Shown here one piece after another: positions 1 through 14,068 of a DNA stretch of 64,000 nucleotides. The stretch lies in the NCBI RefSeq assembly GCF_009914755.1, contig NC_060936.1. The stretch is one strand, 5' to 3'. The translations under genes were made by a program, and so were the position numbers. The DNA is from the human T2T-CHM13v2.0 reference genome, Homo sapiens. A model generated the notes under the pieces. It did no database searches. It saw only the letters and a list, made by a program, of their open reading frames with translations, and was not told the DNA's origin. The number at the start of each line of letters is the position of its first letter. The stretch's first letter is position 1.

Positions 1-388
<388 letters not shown>

Positions 389-709
389 ATTTGACATTTT
401 TAAAAAATGGTGAGGAGGAACATTCTCCACATGTACTAACTGACTGTGTTTATGTGAACGGTTTGTTCATATGCTTTGCTCATTTTTTTCCCCCAGGGCT
501 GTCGGCCTCTTGTTACATAAGATTTAAGTTAAGGAAGAATTCAGTCATGTTACAAATACTTCCCATTTTTACTTTTGCCTTTTATTAGATGTTTGACTTC
601 TTAAGTTTAAATTGGCAACTCTTAACTCTTTCTCTTTTTGTTTTCTGATCAATTTTATGGCCAGTACACAGTTTATCTTAATATTACATTTTAGCATCTG
701 GTAGAGCAA

Positions 710-1322
<613 letters not shown>

Positions 1323-1456
1323 AATTTTTTAAAAAAATTACTTTGATTATTCTCATCTATTTATTATTCCAGATAACTTTTGGAATCACTTGAGTCTCAA
1401 ATAATCTTGTTAGGATTACAACTAGAATAAACATTTTATTACATAATATTGTGTCT

Positions 1457-1760
1457 TAGCTGAGCACAGTGGCTCACACCTGTAATCCCAGCTATTTGGG
1501 AAGCTAAAGCAGAGGATCACTTGAGGCCAGGAGTTTGAGACCAGCCTGAGCAACAGAGTGAGACCCTGTCACTAAAAAAAAGTGGAAAAAAATTGGCCAA
1601 GTGTGGTGATGCATGCCTGTAGTCCGAGTTACTTGGGAAGCTGAGGCGGGAGGATCATCTGAGCCCAGGAGTTTGAGTTCAAGTCTTCAGTGAGCTACGT
1701 CACTGCACTCCAACATGGGCGGTAGAGTGAGACCCTGTCTCAAAAAAGAAAAAAAAGAAA
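1457..1760 (+). mobile_element. AluJ
   Basis: Dimeric Alu with A-tail. Confidence 0.9.
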
Positions 1761-1901
1761 GAAATGTATATAAAATGATGTGCATATCTACGTATCAAAT
1801 ATTTTTTATCTTACCACTCGCATCATTTTGTAAAATACATAGGTCATAGCCATTTCTGGCCCCAACCAGTTACTCTTAGAGAGTTTATAAATTATGAATG
1901 A

Positions 1902-2025
1902 GGCTGGGCATGGTGGCTCACACCTGTAATCCTAGCACTTTGGGAGACTGAGATGGAAGGATCACTTGAGCTCAGGAGTTCCAGACCAGCCCGGGCTACA
2001 TAGTGAGTGAGACCTTTTCTCTGTC
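1902..2025 (+). mobile_element. FLAM / Alu left monomer
   Basis: Single left arm. Confidence 0.8.
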
Positions 2026-2540
2026 TTTATATAGAATAAAAAGAAATAATTATGAATGAGATATTTTGTCTCCCGCCTTCTATTTTTCTAACTGATTACA
2101 TGGAAGAAAGTTATTAATTTTTATTTTTTCATTTTTATCTTGCTGAATTCTAGTGATTTTAAAGGGTTTTCAATAATTCTCCTGTGTTTCTTAGATAGAA
2201 AATCCAAACAAGCAGAAATAATTTTTCCAATATTTTTACCTCTTATTTCCATAAGACTTATGGCTATGACTAGACAGTCGGAACAACATTAAATGGAGCA
2301 CTGTTTCATCCCTAACAGCAATGCCCTGAGTCTTTTACCTTATGTATTTGAAATAGGCATCATAGTCAGGATGTATTCTTATGATAGCTTATTACCAGGA
2401 AAGAATGCTAAAATTTCAGAGTACTTTCTCGTATCTATTGGGAAGAACATTCAATTTTCCTTCTTTCACTTACTTGTATCATGTTGGTAGACATATAATA
2501 ACCAACATCATGTAGTATTTACTATAAGAAGTCAGGCATT

Positions 2541-2826
2541 GGCTGGGTGCGGTAGTTCATGCCTGTAATCCCAGCACTTTGGGAGGCCGAGGCGGGCAGA
2601 TCACTTGAGGTCAGGAGTTCAAGACCAGCCTGGCTAACATGGTGAAACCCCATCTCTACTGAAAATACAAAAAATTAGCAGGGCATGGTGGTGGGTGCCT
2701 GTAATCTCAGCTACCCAGAAGGCTGAGGCAGGAGAACTGCTTGATCCCCAGAGGCCGAGGTTGCAGTGAGTCGAGATTGCGCCACTCAAAAAAAAAAAAA
2801 AAAAAAGAAGAAAGAAAAGAAAAAAT
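2541..2826 (+). mobile_element. AluS
   Basis: TSD AAGTCAGGCA(T/C)T. Right arm shortened. Confidence 0.9.
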
Positions 2827-2839
2827 AAGTCAGGCACTG

Positions 2840-3040
2840 ATAGAAGTGCTCTACACCTATTAACTCAACCTCACAACAACTCTGAAGAAGATTTTGGTAC
2901 TCCCTTTTATAAATGGGGAGGAAGAGGGCCAGAGAGGTTAGTTTGTCCAAGGTCACACTGCTAGAAAAGAGGCAGAGAGGGTGTTCCAGACTAGGCAGTC
3001 TGGCTCCAGAGTCTGAGCACTTAAACATAACACTATGCTA
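2840..3040. mobile_element. MIR
   Basis: agagaggttagtttgtccaaggtcacac core. Confidence 0.65.
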
Positions 3041-3529
3041 CTGTTCAAGGGATTCCCTGATAGTAGGCTACCCTTACATTCCTAGACTACCATTCACTTG
3101 GTTATGTACATGGTTCTTGAAAATGAATTGCTAATACTTTATTTTGAATTTCTGCATCTATATTTATGGGGTGTGTGTGTTGCTATTTGTCAGTTTTGGC
3201 TATTAGGGTTAATTGGGTTTTTACCAAGGAAAAGTTTACACAGCATACATATTCCTTGATTTTTTATAATCCATTTTCAAACCTCAAATGGTAAGGTTTA
3301 AAATAAAATTCTCTAGTTCTGAGACTGGCTTAGAAATATCTGCAATTAATCTTCAATTGATAAGAGGTAATATTTCAATTAAAATTCACATTAAATAAAT
3401 CCTTCCTTCAGATCAGGCATTTAACAAGGAAAAAACCACATAGATCATACCAGATTCCCGAGAAGAGAGTATCTTCTTAGAATACAAACACAGTTAAATT
3501 AACAAAATTGAATTAACTTTCAAACTTAC

Positions 3530-3589
3530 AGCACTGGAAAAAGTCATCCCCATCTCTCCGATGAGAGCTTTGGTTTTCTTTAGTGGTGT
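3530..3589 (-). CDS. GNS: GNS coding exon 2 (aa 65-84, TPLKKTKALIGEMGMTFSSA)
   Basis: Acceptor ttttacag|ACA and donor GCT|gtaagt. 60 nt, phase 0/0, continues exon 1 in frame. Confidence 0.96.
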
Positions 3590-4949
3590 CTGTAAAAGTA
3601 AGTAATTATCCATTAAACAATTTCTTCCAATAAATTGAGACACACAGCCCAGAATTCCTGTTTTGTTACATCTTACTCAATCTTTTATTCCCAAATGGTC
3701 AGCTCTAAGCAACAGCCAAAGAGAGTCCTGTATGATTCTAGAGACAAGTTTGGTTCCGGCCAGCTCCATCCTGTATAAAAGTGCAGGAAGTCAAAATGCT
3801 TGCAGGAAGGGAAAGTTCAGTTGATGGCAATAACATCTTTGTGCCCTTATTAGTCATCAGCGCCCAGATAAGGCAGATAGGGCAGACCTATCTCCATGAA
3901 TTAATCTTTAGAAGTAGGATGTGGGAAATGATATAAAGGGAGCCTTCCGCCCTATAGAACAGAAGTAAGACAACAGTTGGATTCTGAAAGCCAGACAAGG
4001 CCCCAGGACTCCGAGACTGATTCAAACCTCACACACTCAGTGGTGGAGGCCAGACACACACTGTTCAACTACCAACTACTGTTGTCTGCATAGACCCACA
4101 AGCACCTCAGGATAAGGACTTGAACCAGGTGGCAAGCAGGTGTACACAGAACACTGTCAGGCAAAAGGCTACTCAGAAACTATTTTATGTCCTGCTTTTC
4201 ATCTTTTGTTCAAAATCTAAGATCCTTACAAGTACAGAGAACAATTAACTTCCTTCTAGAATGAGGACAAAAGTATGAAGACAGTCATTTAAATACGAAT
4301 AAAAGGAACACTAATATTCTTCAGATTCCAGACAGCAAAAAGCACCATTGAAGAGGTCATTTTAGTTGTAATATGGGTCAGTTCACGATGATTCTGAGAT
4401 ACCTTTGAAACCTAAGACCATACTGAATGCAGTTTTAAGTATATTTTGTTGTGCAATAATTCCTTAAAGATTGCTAATCTAAATACATAAGTAGGTTAAC
4501 AGGAGCCTCATTTTCAATAATGTATAAATGACTTTTCCCCATTGTTTTATATAAATACAAAACCTACGGAATCCATAAACTCAAAAGGATGAGGATTCTA
4601 ACTTATCCAAAAAAAGCTCTGATAATTTCATGAGTAGATCCAGAAGAGGCTGCCAAGAGACGCTAGAGAAGCAGAAGATCTTCGCCAGCCTTCCGAAGCA
4701 AGGTCGTCAGCCATACTCTCCTCAAAGCATCACTGGGTACCATCCTCAGGAAGAGAATACTGGGCTTCATGAGACATTGGTTTGATAAAACACCTGAGTT
4801 ACTGTGAGGACATTTGAAGGTGAAATGAGGATTCAAAGAGTAAGTGGAGAAAAGGACCAGAGTTGACTGTATGGGACTTAATTGTCAAACTGTCTGATAA
4901 ATATGTAAAATTATGAAAGAATATCTGATTTACAGTAAGACTGTGTAAT

Positions 4950-5435
4950 AACATTTATTAAACACAACACGTGCCAGGCATTAATCTAGGCAGTGGTGGA
5001 CAGAGGATAGATGGTCCTCGCCCTCATGATCTCTGCACTCTTGGGGACTTAAAACAACTAACAGGTAAACAATCAGTCATTTCAGGTGGTGGTAAGTGCT
5101 ATGAAGAGAATAAACCAGGATGATGTGATTACAGCTGGTGGGAAGAAAGGGGAACTACTTTAGATGGGTGGTCAGAAAAGGCCTCTCAGGAGGTAACTTC
5201 AGTACGGAGAGCCATGCGATGAGGAGTCAGTCATGCAAAAATTCAGAAGATGTTTCAGGCTGGGTATATAGCAAGTACAAGGGCTGCCAGAGGAAGGAGA
5301 GAGGCACCTGGGAGGAAACAGAGAAGCCAGTGTGGTGATGGAAGCAGCTTAGGGAGGAAAAGGGAGAGTGAGGTAAGATGAGGTCAGAGAGGCAGGCAGG
5401 AGTCAGTGATGCAGGGCCACATAGGAATTTAGACT
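4950..5435 (-). mobile_element. L2 fragment
   Basis: acatttattaaacac...gtgccaggca and gtcagaaaaggcctctcaggaggt motifs. Confidence 0.6.
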
Positions 5436-5438
5436 TTA

Positions 5439-5737
5439 GGCCCGGTGCAGTGGCTCACACCTGTTATCCCAGCACTTTAGAAGGCAGAGGCAGGAGGACT
5501 GCTTGAGGCCAGGAGTTTGAGACCAGTCTGGGCAACACAGCAAGACCCTGGCTCTACAAAAAATATAAAAATTAGCTGGGCATGGTAGTGCATGCCCGTA
5601 GTCCCAGCTACTTAAGAGGCTGAGGTGGGAGGATTGCTTGTGCCCAGAAGTTCGAGGCTGCAGTGAGCTATGACTGCACCACTGCAATCTAGCCTAGGCA
5701 AGAAGAGTGAGAACTTGTCTCCAAAAAAAAAAAAAAG
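5439..5737 (+). mobile_element. AluJ
   Basis: Dimeric Alu with A-tail. Confidence 0.9.
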
Positions 5738-6120
5738 AAGTTTTTATTAACTGCCATCTTTATACTGCTAACTATAGTACAAAAGACAACCATAATCCGT
5801 GCTTAATTGAAAAAGTCCCAAACAAGAAACCACACTACTCAAAATGTGTCATGTGTCTCTATGCTAATTAGAATGTAAAATGAATCCTTAAGATCGAAGC
5901 AAAGACAGTGGCTGGTCAAGTTAAGGCCATGCAACAGTCTTTAAGCAGCAGCCAACTTCATGCCTTCATGTGGGCAAACATGTTACTCTACTCACCCCAA
6001 GCAGAACCCTTTTCATTAAAACCCTAAAGAATCATTTACTTTCCTGGTTCCATGCACAGTTGCTCTGAAACGACAATTCTGATAATTCTGTGGCTAACAA
6101 TGGAAATTGTTTTGCTTTCA

Positions 6121-6798
<678 letters not shown>

Positions 6799-7498
6799 AT
6801 GAATTATTTTTAAAAGAGCAGCTTATGCTTCTGTGAAGAACAGTGTGTCCACCACACTATAATGATGTTTAAATAAAATCAAGAAAGTGATAAGAACAGT
6901 GTCCTGGCAAAATAAAAAATAAAAACAGAGTCCCACAGATACCTGGAACAAATACAATGAAATGTTAAAGACGATGCTACTATATAAAAGAGCATTTCAA
7001 AGATGCCTGAAAAATTCCACTATAAATCTAAATCATGTTGTAAATGCTATATACAATCCTTTGACCTGAGTGAGATTGGTGGGGGTTAACCACTATTTAT
7101 TTTGCCAACTATGGCAGCAATCTGTAATCTTTTTTAGGTTAGAGCTCTTTCCACAAAAATGAAGATATTATACACAAAGTTTTACATGTAAATTAAGGAG
7201 TTCCATGATGTCACTGGCATCCCCGAATGTCACCTGCAGACTCTCTGACCTATGGTGTGATTATGCTGGTGTGGGTATGTGGAATGAAATCTGATTATTA
7301 TCACAGTATTCTAGAATAGGAGAAAAAGCATGGTGATCTGAGGTCATAAGATACCCAGGCTTTGTCCAATATTAGCTATATGAACTTAGTCATGTCACTT
7401 AACCACCTTCCAGTTTTAGTTTCCTTTTAAGATAAGGATACTATGTACAGCAGAGGACTCCTGTGATGACTGAAGCACAAGTATAAAAATCCTCATAC

Positions 7499-7594
7499 TC
7501 TGCTCGGCTCCAAGTAAGTTCTCAAATGCTCTTGTCTTAGCTCTTCCCCTTGGAGTCCTGTTTGACAATTAGTGGTAGAATATTCTGAAAAAGC
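7499..7594 (-). CDS. GNS: Candidate alternative in-frame cassette exon of GNS (32 aa: AFSEYSTTNCQTGLQGEELRQEHLRTYLEPSR)
   Basis: Acceptor ttctggcttctcttctag|GCT, donor AGA|gtatga. Exactly 96 nt and stop-free in the phase-0 frame joining exons 1 and 2. Confidence 0.55.
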
Positions 7595-7705
7595 CTAGAA
7601 GAGAAGCCAGAATTCTTGAGTTTGGAACATTAAGTTTGACTTATGCCCTCCACTCAATTTTGGTACCTCTCTCCAGTAGAAACACTTATTAAAAAAAAGA
7701 ATCTG

Positions 7706-8016
7706 GGCCGAGACAGTGGCTCATGCCTGTAATCCCAGCACTTTGGGAGGCTGAGGTCCAGGAGTTCAAGAGTTCAGGAGTTCAAGAGTTACTTGAGTCC
7801 AGGAGTTCAAGACCGACTTGGGCAACATGGAGAAATCCTGTCTTTACAAAATATTTAAAAATTAGCTGGACGTAGTGACATGTGCCTGTAGTTCCAGCTA
7901 CTAGGGAGACTGAGGCAGGAGGACTGCTTGAGACTAGGAGTTCAAGGCTGCAATGAGCCTTGATTGTACCACTGCACTCCAGCCTGGATGACAGAGCAAG
8001 ACCCTGACTCAAAAAA
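7706..8016 (+). mobile_element. AluJ with internal B-box duplications
   Basis: Three copies of CAGGAGTTCAAGA. Confidence 0.85.
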
Positions 8017-9063
8017 TCTGCTACTGGCTTAACGAAGCAAATTGGATTAACATACTAAAGAGACCTCAAATACACACAGACTACAGCTGTGGTTTATAAG
8101 AATTGAAGAAACAACTCTGAATACCTTATATTTAAGTAATCAATTTTGTTTTCAACACCTAAAAAAGCCTGACCTTTTAACTGAGTACTTAAGTCACTGC
8201 TAGAGAAGGCTTGCTTTTTCTGGACAAAACACTCTTCAAGGACACATTTTCTTTTTTTTAATAAAAAAGGAATTTTGTGAGCAGACAAGTAAGTGCAGTA
8301 GTTGGAAGAGTAGTGAACCTAAAGTGTAGGAGGAAAATTAAATTAAGACCAATGTCAACATGGCTTGGTAGAAACTAACAGACAATGAAGCATATATGGC
8401 AGGAAGAAATGTGTAGTCAAAATGCAAGCCTCTTAAAACATCAGCTATAAAAGACTCTCAAGCTCTTGAGCATCAACCTAAGAAATATATTTTACAACTC
8501 GGGAAGAAAGAGAGATAGATAATGATTACCTTTATCAAGTGTAACACACACACTCACACACATGGACCTTTTCTATTCTATTCTATTCCAGAGGAAATAA
8601 AAAATGTTGGTAGTTACTCACTAAACTGATTTCATAACTCACTCAAGGGTTGGGACCAGAGGTTTGAAGGACACTGAGCTAGGGTGTGTAACTACACAAG
8701 AAAAGTTAGGAACGTCTTGCCTGGAGTATTTCATAGTCTCAGCATTCAGCTGAAAGCAAAAAGAGAACTGAAACGAAGAAAGCAATAAAGCATTTGGTTT
8801 TAAAGCGAAGAGAGGAATGCTGAACCCAGGGTCAGAGGACTCTGCCTCAACTACTCATGTCTTGGGCAAGTTGCTTTCTGGGCCTCCATGGGGAAGGGGT
8901 TGGAGTGGATGTTTCCAAAGGTCACACATTCCATAATTCTGCAATACACAAGCAAAATTTACTCTGGAAAAAAAATGAAGTCTTGTGACAACACCCATTA
9001 GATAGAAAATGAAACACTGACAGTCTCTAATGCAAGAGTCAGGTGTTCAATCACACTAATTGA

Positions 9064-9449
<386 letters not shown>

Positions 9450-9575
9450 CAGGCTTATTTTTATTGACATCAGATACAGACATTGTATACAGGCACAAAC
9501 GTGGAGGTGGTCTAGGTCCCTCATAAAGGGGACTGGACTTGTCTGTGATCCTCTAATCCAAAAGAAAAACAATCA

Positions 9576-10301
<726 letters not shown>

Positions 10302-10360
10302 GGCCGGCGTGGGCGGGGCCGCGGACTGGCGCAGCCTGGAGGGAGGCATCAGGCAGTGGC

Positions 10361-10467
10361 GGAAAAGGGGCGGAGAACCGGAGAAAAGGGCGGAGAACCG
10401 GAGAAAAGGGCGGAGAACCGGAGAAAAGGGCGGAGAACCGGGAAAAGGGCGGAGAACCGGGAAAAGG
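10361..10467. repeat. 20-bp minisatellite/VNTR, about 5.4 units of GAGAAAAGGGCGGAGAACCG
   Basis: Three exact units at 10381-10440 flanked by 19-20 bp variants. Each full unit contains GGGCGG. Confidence 0.95.
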
Positions 10468-11118
10468 TCAAGACCTGTACGTACCTCTCGCGCAGGCTCG
10501 GGTTGCGTTCTGGTAGGACGTACGTGTTTCTGAGCGCTTGGTGGAAAGATTTAAATGGGGGGAAGAGAAGATGAAAAGCAGGAAAGAGTTGGCAAATACT
10601 AACCAACCGATAAAGGAAGAGAAAGGAGGACTGTACATAACAGAAATTATCATCAGCTGGTGAGGAAAGTGGACTCTACCATATTTAATCCCCAAGTCGA
10701 CGGGCACTTATTCAAGGCCCGGATGTTTAATCGTTTTTAATTTTCTCTACAACTTGTGAGATAAATCTTAACATTCTCATTTGGCTCAGACATTAAATTC
10801 GGAACTGGTTAGCTCTCTTAACTCCAAAGCCTAATTATGTTCTTCTTTCCTCAGCAGACATCGTAGTTTCAAACAATTTAGGGATGTCCTGACAGCTTTA
10901 TCCTAATGGTTATCCTAATGGTCCTTGGTGACTTTTTAAACACCCTCTTGGAACATGTTGGAGGATGTGCAGATCGAACAAAAATCTTGAAACGTGGTCA
11001 TCCAACTGCATTATTAAGTAATCTTTAGCGGGGAATAGCCCTTGAAACTAGCTCCAGATATTTCTGTGGTCGCTCTGGAATAATTAGACTTTGCCCCTCT
11101 CCTCTCACCGCCCACCGT

Positions 11119-11402
11119 GGGCGCGGTGGCTCACGCTTGTAATCCCAGCACTTTGGGAGGCGGGTGGATCACCTGAGGTCAGGAGTTTTAGACCAGCCTG
11201 GCCAACGTGGGGAAACCCCGTCTCTACTAAAATACAAAAATTAGCTGGGCGTGGTGGCAGGCGCCTGTAATCCCAGCTACTCGGGAGGCTGAGGCATGAG
11301 AATCGCTTGAACCCGGGAGGCGGAGCTTGCAGTGAGCCACTGCACTCTGGCCTCAGGGACAGAGCGAGACTCTTGTCTCAAAACAAACAAACAAACAAAA
11401 AA
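11119..11402 (+). mobile_element. AluS with (CAAA)n tail
   Basis: CpG-rich Alu consensus. Confidence 0.9.
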
Positions 11403-11542
11403 TCACAGAGATATTCCTGGCAAGGTGAACTGTCAAGTCACATCCCCAGACCGATATAACAAGGTATACCTCCTTGCTGGTAAAAGTATTTTCTCTGAGT
11501 TGAACTGTTTGCCAAGAAGAGTCTCTTAAAACTCGTGAAAAC

Positions 11543-11570
11543 TATTCCAGAACTTAAAGTATTAAAAAAA
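11543..11570 (+). mobile_element. Ultra-short L1PA 3' end insertion
   Basis: TATTCCAGAACTTAAAGTATT plus poly(A), between 15-bp TSDs AAAACTCGTGAAAAC (11528-11542 and 11571-11585) at a TT/AAAA site. Confidence 0.75.
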
Positions 11571-11694
11571 AAAACTCGTGAAAACACTATACTATAAGGT
11601 AAAAATAATGATGGAAACACGTTGAAACCTGATGTGTACAAGGATAGGGCTTATGCAAAAAAAAAAAAAATTACCTTTATTACTTTGTTTTTTT

Positions 11695-11801
11695 CACACA
11701 GAGGGGTAATGCGCGGAGTCCTAACAAGGTTTGAGGTAGGGGTGGTAACTCACACAATAGCATGAAAACCCAATCATCAGGCTTATGAACCACAAAAGGA
11801 T
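11695..11801 (-). pseudogene. U13 snoRNA (SNORD13) retro-pseudogene
   Basis: Reverse strand reads ATCCTTTTGTGGTTCATAAGCCTGATGATTGGGTTTTCATGC...AACCTTGTTAGGAC...CATTACCCCTCTGTG, then an A-tail. Flanking TTA(T/A)TACTTT repeats. Box C TGATGA intact, box D CTGA changed to CTGT. Confidence 0.85.
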
Positions 11802-12168
11802 CTTAATACTTTTTTTTTTTAAGTAAGCCTACAGAAGGCAAAAGAAGCTTTAAAAAAACTGAAGTAGTTTTTCTGCAAGAAACAATTATGCCGGAAGTGT
11901 GGTCAGAGCAGTTCCTAGACAACCAGAATACTTGGTTACAGCCTTGGCCTAGGCCAATTTTTCAAGCTGGTTAGAATAACTAATCCTTCTGTATTCAGGT
12001 TTCAAGACTTCCAGGAAGACTTTCTTGCACAAAAAAATAACCTATTTCATCTGTATCGAAGCCCCAAATTGTAAAATTGTTTCTTTTCTATTTTTTTCAA
12101 GGTTAGATTATAAACTATTTGAGGCCAGAAATTGTGTAATTAGTTGCCCACTTTGTTCAGGATGCTGC

Positions 12169-12733
12169 TGTCAGAGGCGATTGAACCAGAGCAACTCCAT
12201 CTTGAAAAGGGGCTGAGTAAAATAAGCCTGAGGCCTGCTATGCTGCATTCCCAGATGGTTATGCATTCTAAGTCACAGGATGAGATAGGAGGTCATAAAG
12301 ATACAAGATACAAGATGCATGTCATAAAGACCTTACTGATGAAACAGGTAGCAGTAAAGAAGCCGACTAAAACCCACCAAAACCAAGATGGTGATGAAAG
12401 TGACCTCTGGTCGTCCTCACTGCTAAATTCCCACCCAGCGCCATGACAGTTTACAAACGCCATGGGAATGTCAGGAAGGTACCCTCTCTGGTCTAAAAAG
12501 GGGAGGCATGAATAATCCATCCCTTGTTTAGCATATCATCAAGAAATAACCATAAAAATGGGCAACGAGTAGCCCTCGGGCTGCTCTGCCTATGGAGTAG
12601 CCATTCTTTTATTCCTCTACTTTCTTAATAAACTTTCTTTCACTTTACTCTATGGTCTTGTCCTGAATTCTTCCTTGCTCGAGATCCAAGAACCCTTTCT
12701 TGGTGTCTGGATCAGGACCCCTTTCCGGTAACA
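12169..12733 (+). mobile_element. MER41 (MER41A-type) ERV1 solo LTR
   Basis: TGTCAGAGGCG...GGACCCCTTTCCGGTAACA with TG..CA ends, 4-bp TSD CTGC and AATAAA in the R region. Confidence 0.88.
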
Positions 12734-13285
12734 CTGCTACACTAGTGCTGAAGAGACATTGTCCCTCGTTCATGGAATTTGCAGTCTAATGGCAGAGAGA
12801 TGGACAATCTAATCTTGTATCTTGTATATGATTACAAATAGACATGCTATGAAGGAAAAGTAAAGGGTGCAATGAGCATTTAAGGTGGTGGGAGGCTGAT
12901 TTAGTCTAAGGTGCCCTGAGGAAGTGATCTTTGAGTGAAATCTGAAGTTTGAGTAGGAGATAATTTGTTAATGGAGTATTGGGGTGGTGGAATGTCTCCT
13001 AAGCACAGAGTACAGCATATGCAAAGGTTCTGAGCTGGTGCATTGCAATAACTAAAAGAAGCCAGTGTGGTTAGAGCAGAGGGAGAGAGGTGGTGAGGAC
13101 CCAGATCCTATTTTAAGGACTTGGGTTTTTATAGTAAGGCTAATTGGAAATTACTGAAAGAATGTAAGATAAATATAATCATACATGAACTTTTAGAAGA
13201 TCCTTTAGACTGTGGCATGAAGAACAGATTGGAAGAGGACAAGCATGGGTGAGGGTAGACCAATTAGGTAGAGAGAAAAGTGGAT
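12734..13285 (-). mobile_element. L2 fragment (host of the MER41 LTR)
   Basis: Degenerate L2-like motifs (ccctgaggaagtgatctttgag, gccagtgtggttagagcagag). Confidence 0.55.
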
Positions 13286-13796
13286 AACAGGGACAGATTC
13301 AAATTTTGTGGGGCCTGAAGTTTATGTGCATTTGGCGAGTGGAGGCTCCTTAAGAAAAAGAATAACAATTTTAGATACAAAAGTAGGTACACAACTGAAT
13401 ATGTATTTAGACTAAAACAAAATATAACGTTATAAATTTTTAAAAGTTGAAAAATATTACAAATAATGCAAAAATTTAACGTAACATATTTTTATTAAGT
13501 AACTGCCAGGCATACTTCTTCATACTTTTTTCCCCTTACATTATATGGCTATGTGCTCTTTAATCATCTCTTCATATGATGTTAGTTTATAATATTTTCT
13601 AAAGAGAATAGAAAGATAATTTAGTTTTTTCTCTAGTGTGTTTGATCAGTATTTGCCTTTTATTGGTGATAATTCAGAAAAATTATTTTTCACCTCAGTT
13701 CATTATTGGTTTTATATATATGTTTAGTATTTTTGTCAAATTTCAGAAAACTCTATCAAATATCCTCTTAACATAGGCATTTCGTGACATTCTGCA

Positions 13797-14068
13797 TTTT
13801 ATTTTATATTATTTTATTTTTTGAGATGGAGTCTTGATCTGTCTGCGCTCTTGGCTCACTGCAACCTCCACGTCCCAGGTTCAAGCAATTCTCCTGCCTC
13901 AGCCTCCTGAGTAGCTGGGATTACAGGCATGCGTCACTATGCCCGGCTAATTTTTGTATTTTTAGTAGAGATGGGGTTTCGCCATGTTGGCCAGGCTGGT
14001 CTCGAACTCCTGACTTCAGGTGATCTACCCGCCTCAGCCTCCCAAAGTGCTGGGATTATAGGCGTGAG
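13797..14068 (-). mobile_element. AluS
   Basis: Alu consensus. Confidence 0.88.

Noticed and set aside
4560-4800. Exon-like, CpG-retaining stretch in GNS intron 1
   Set aside because: Plausible acceptors but no convincing donor or recognisable product.
10361-10467. CRISPR-like regular repeats
   Set aside because: Head-to-tail units with no unique spacers, in human DNA. It is a minisatellite, and the overlapping repetitive ORFs are by-products.
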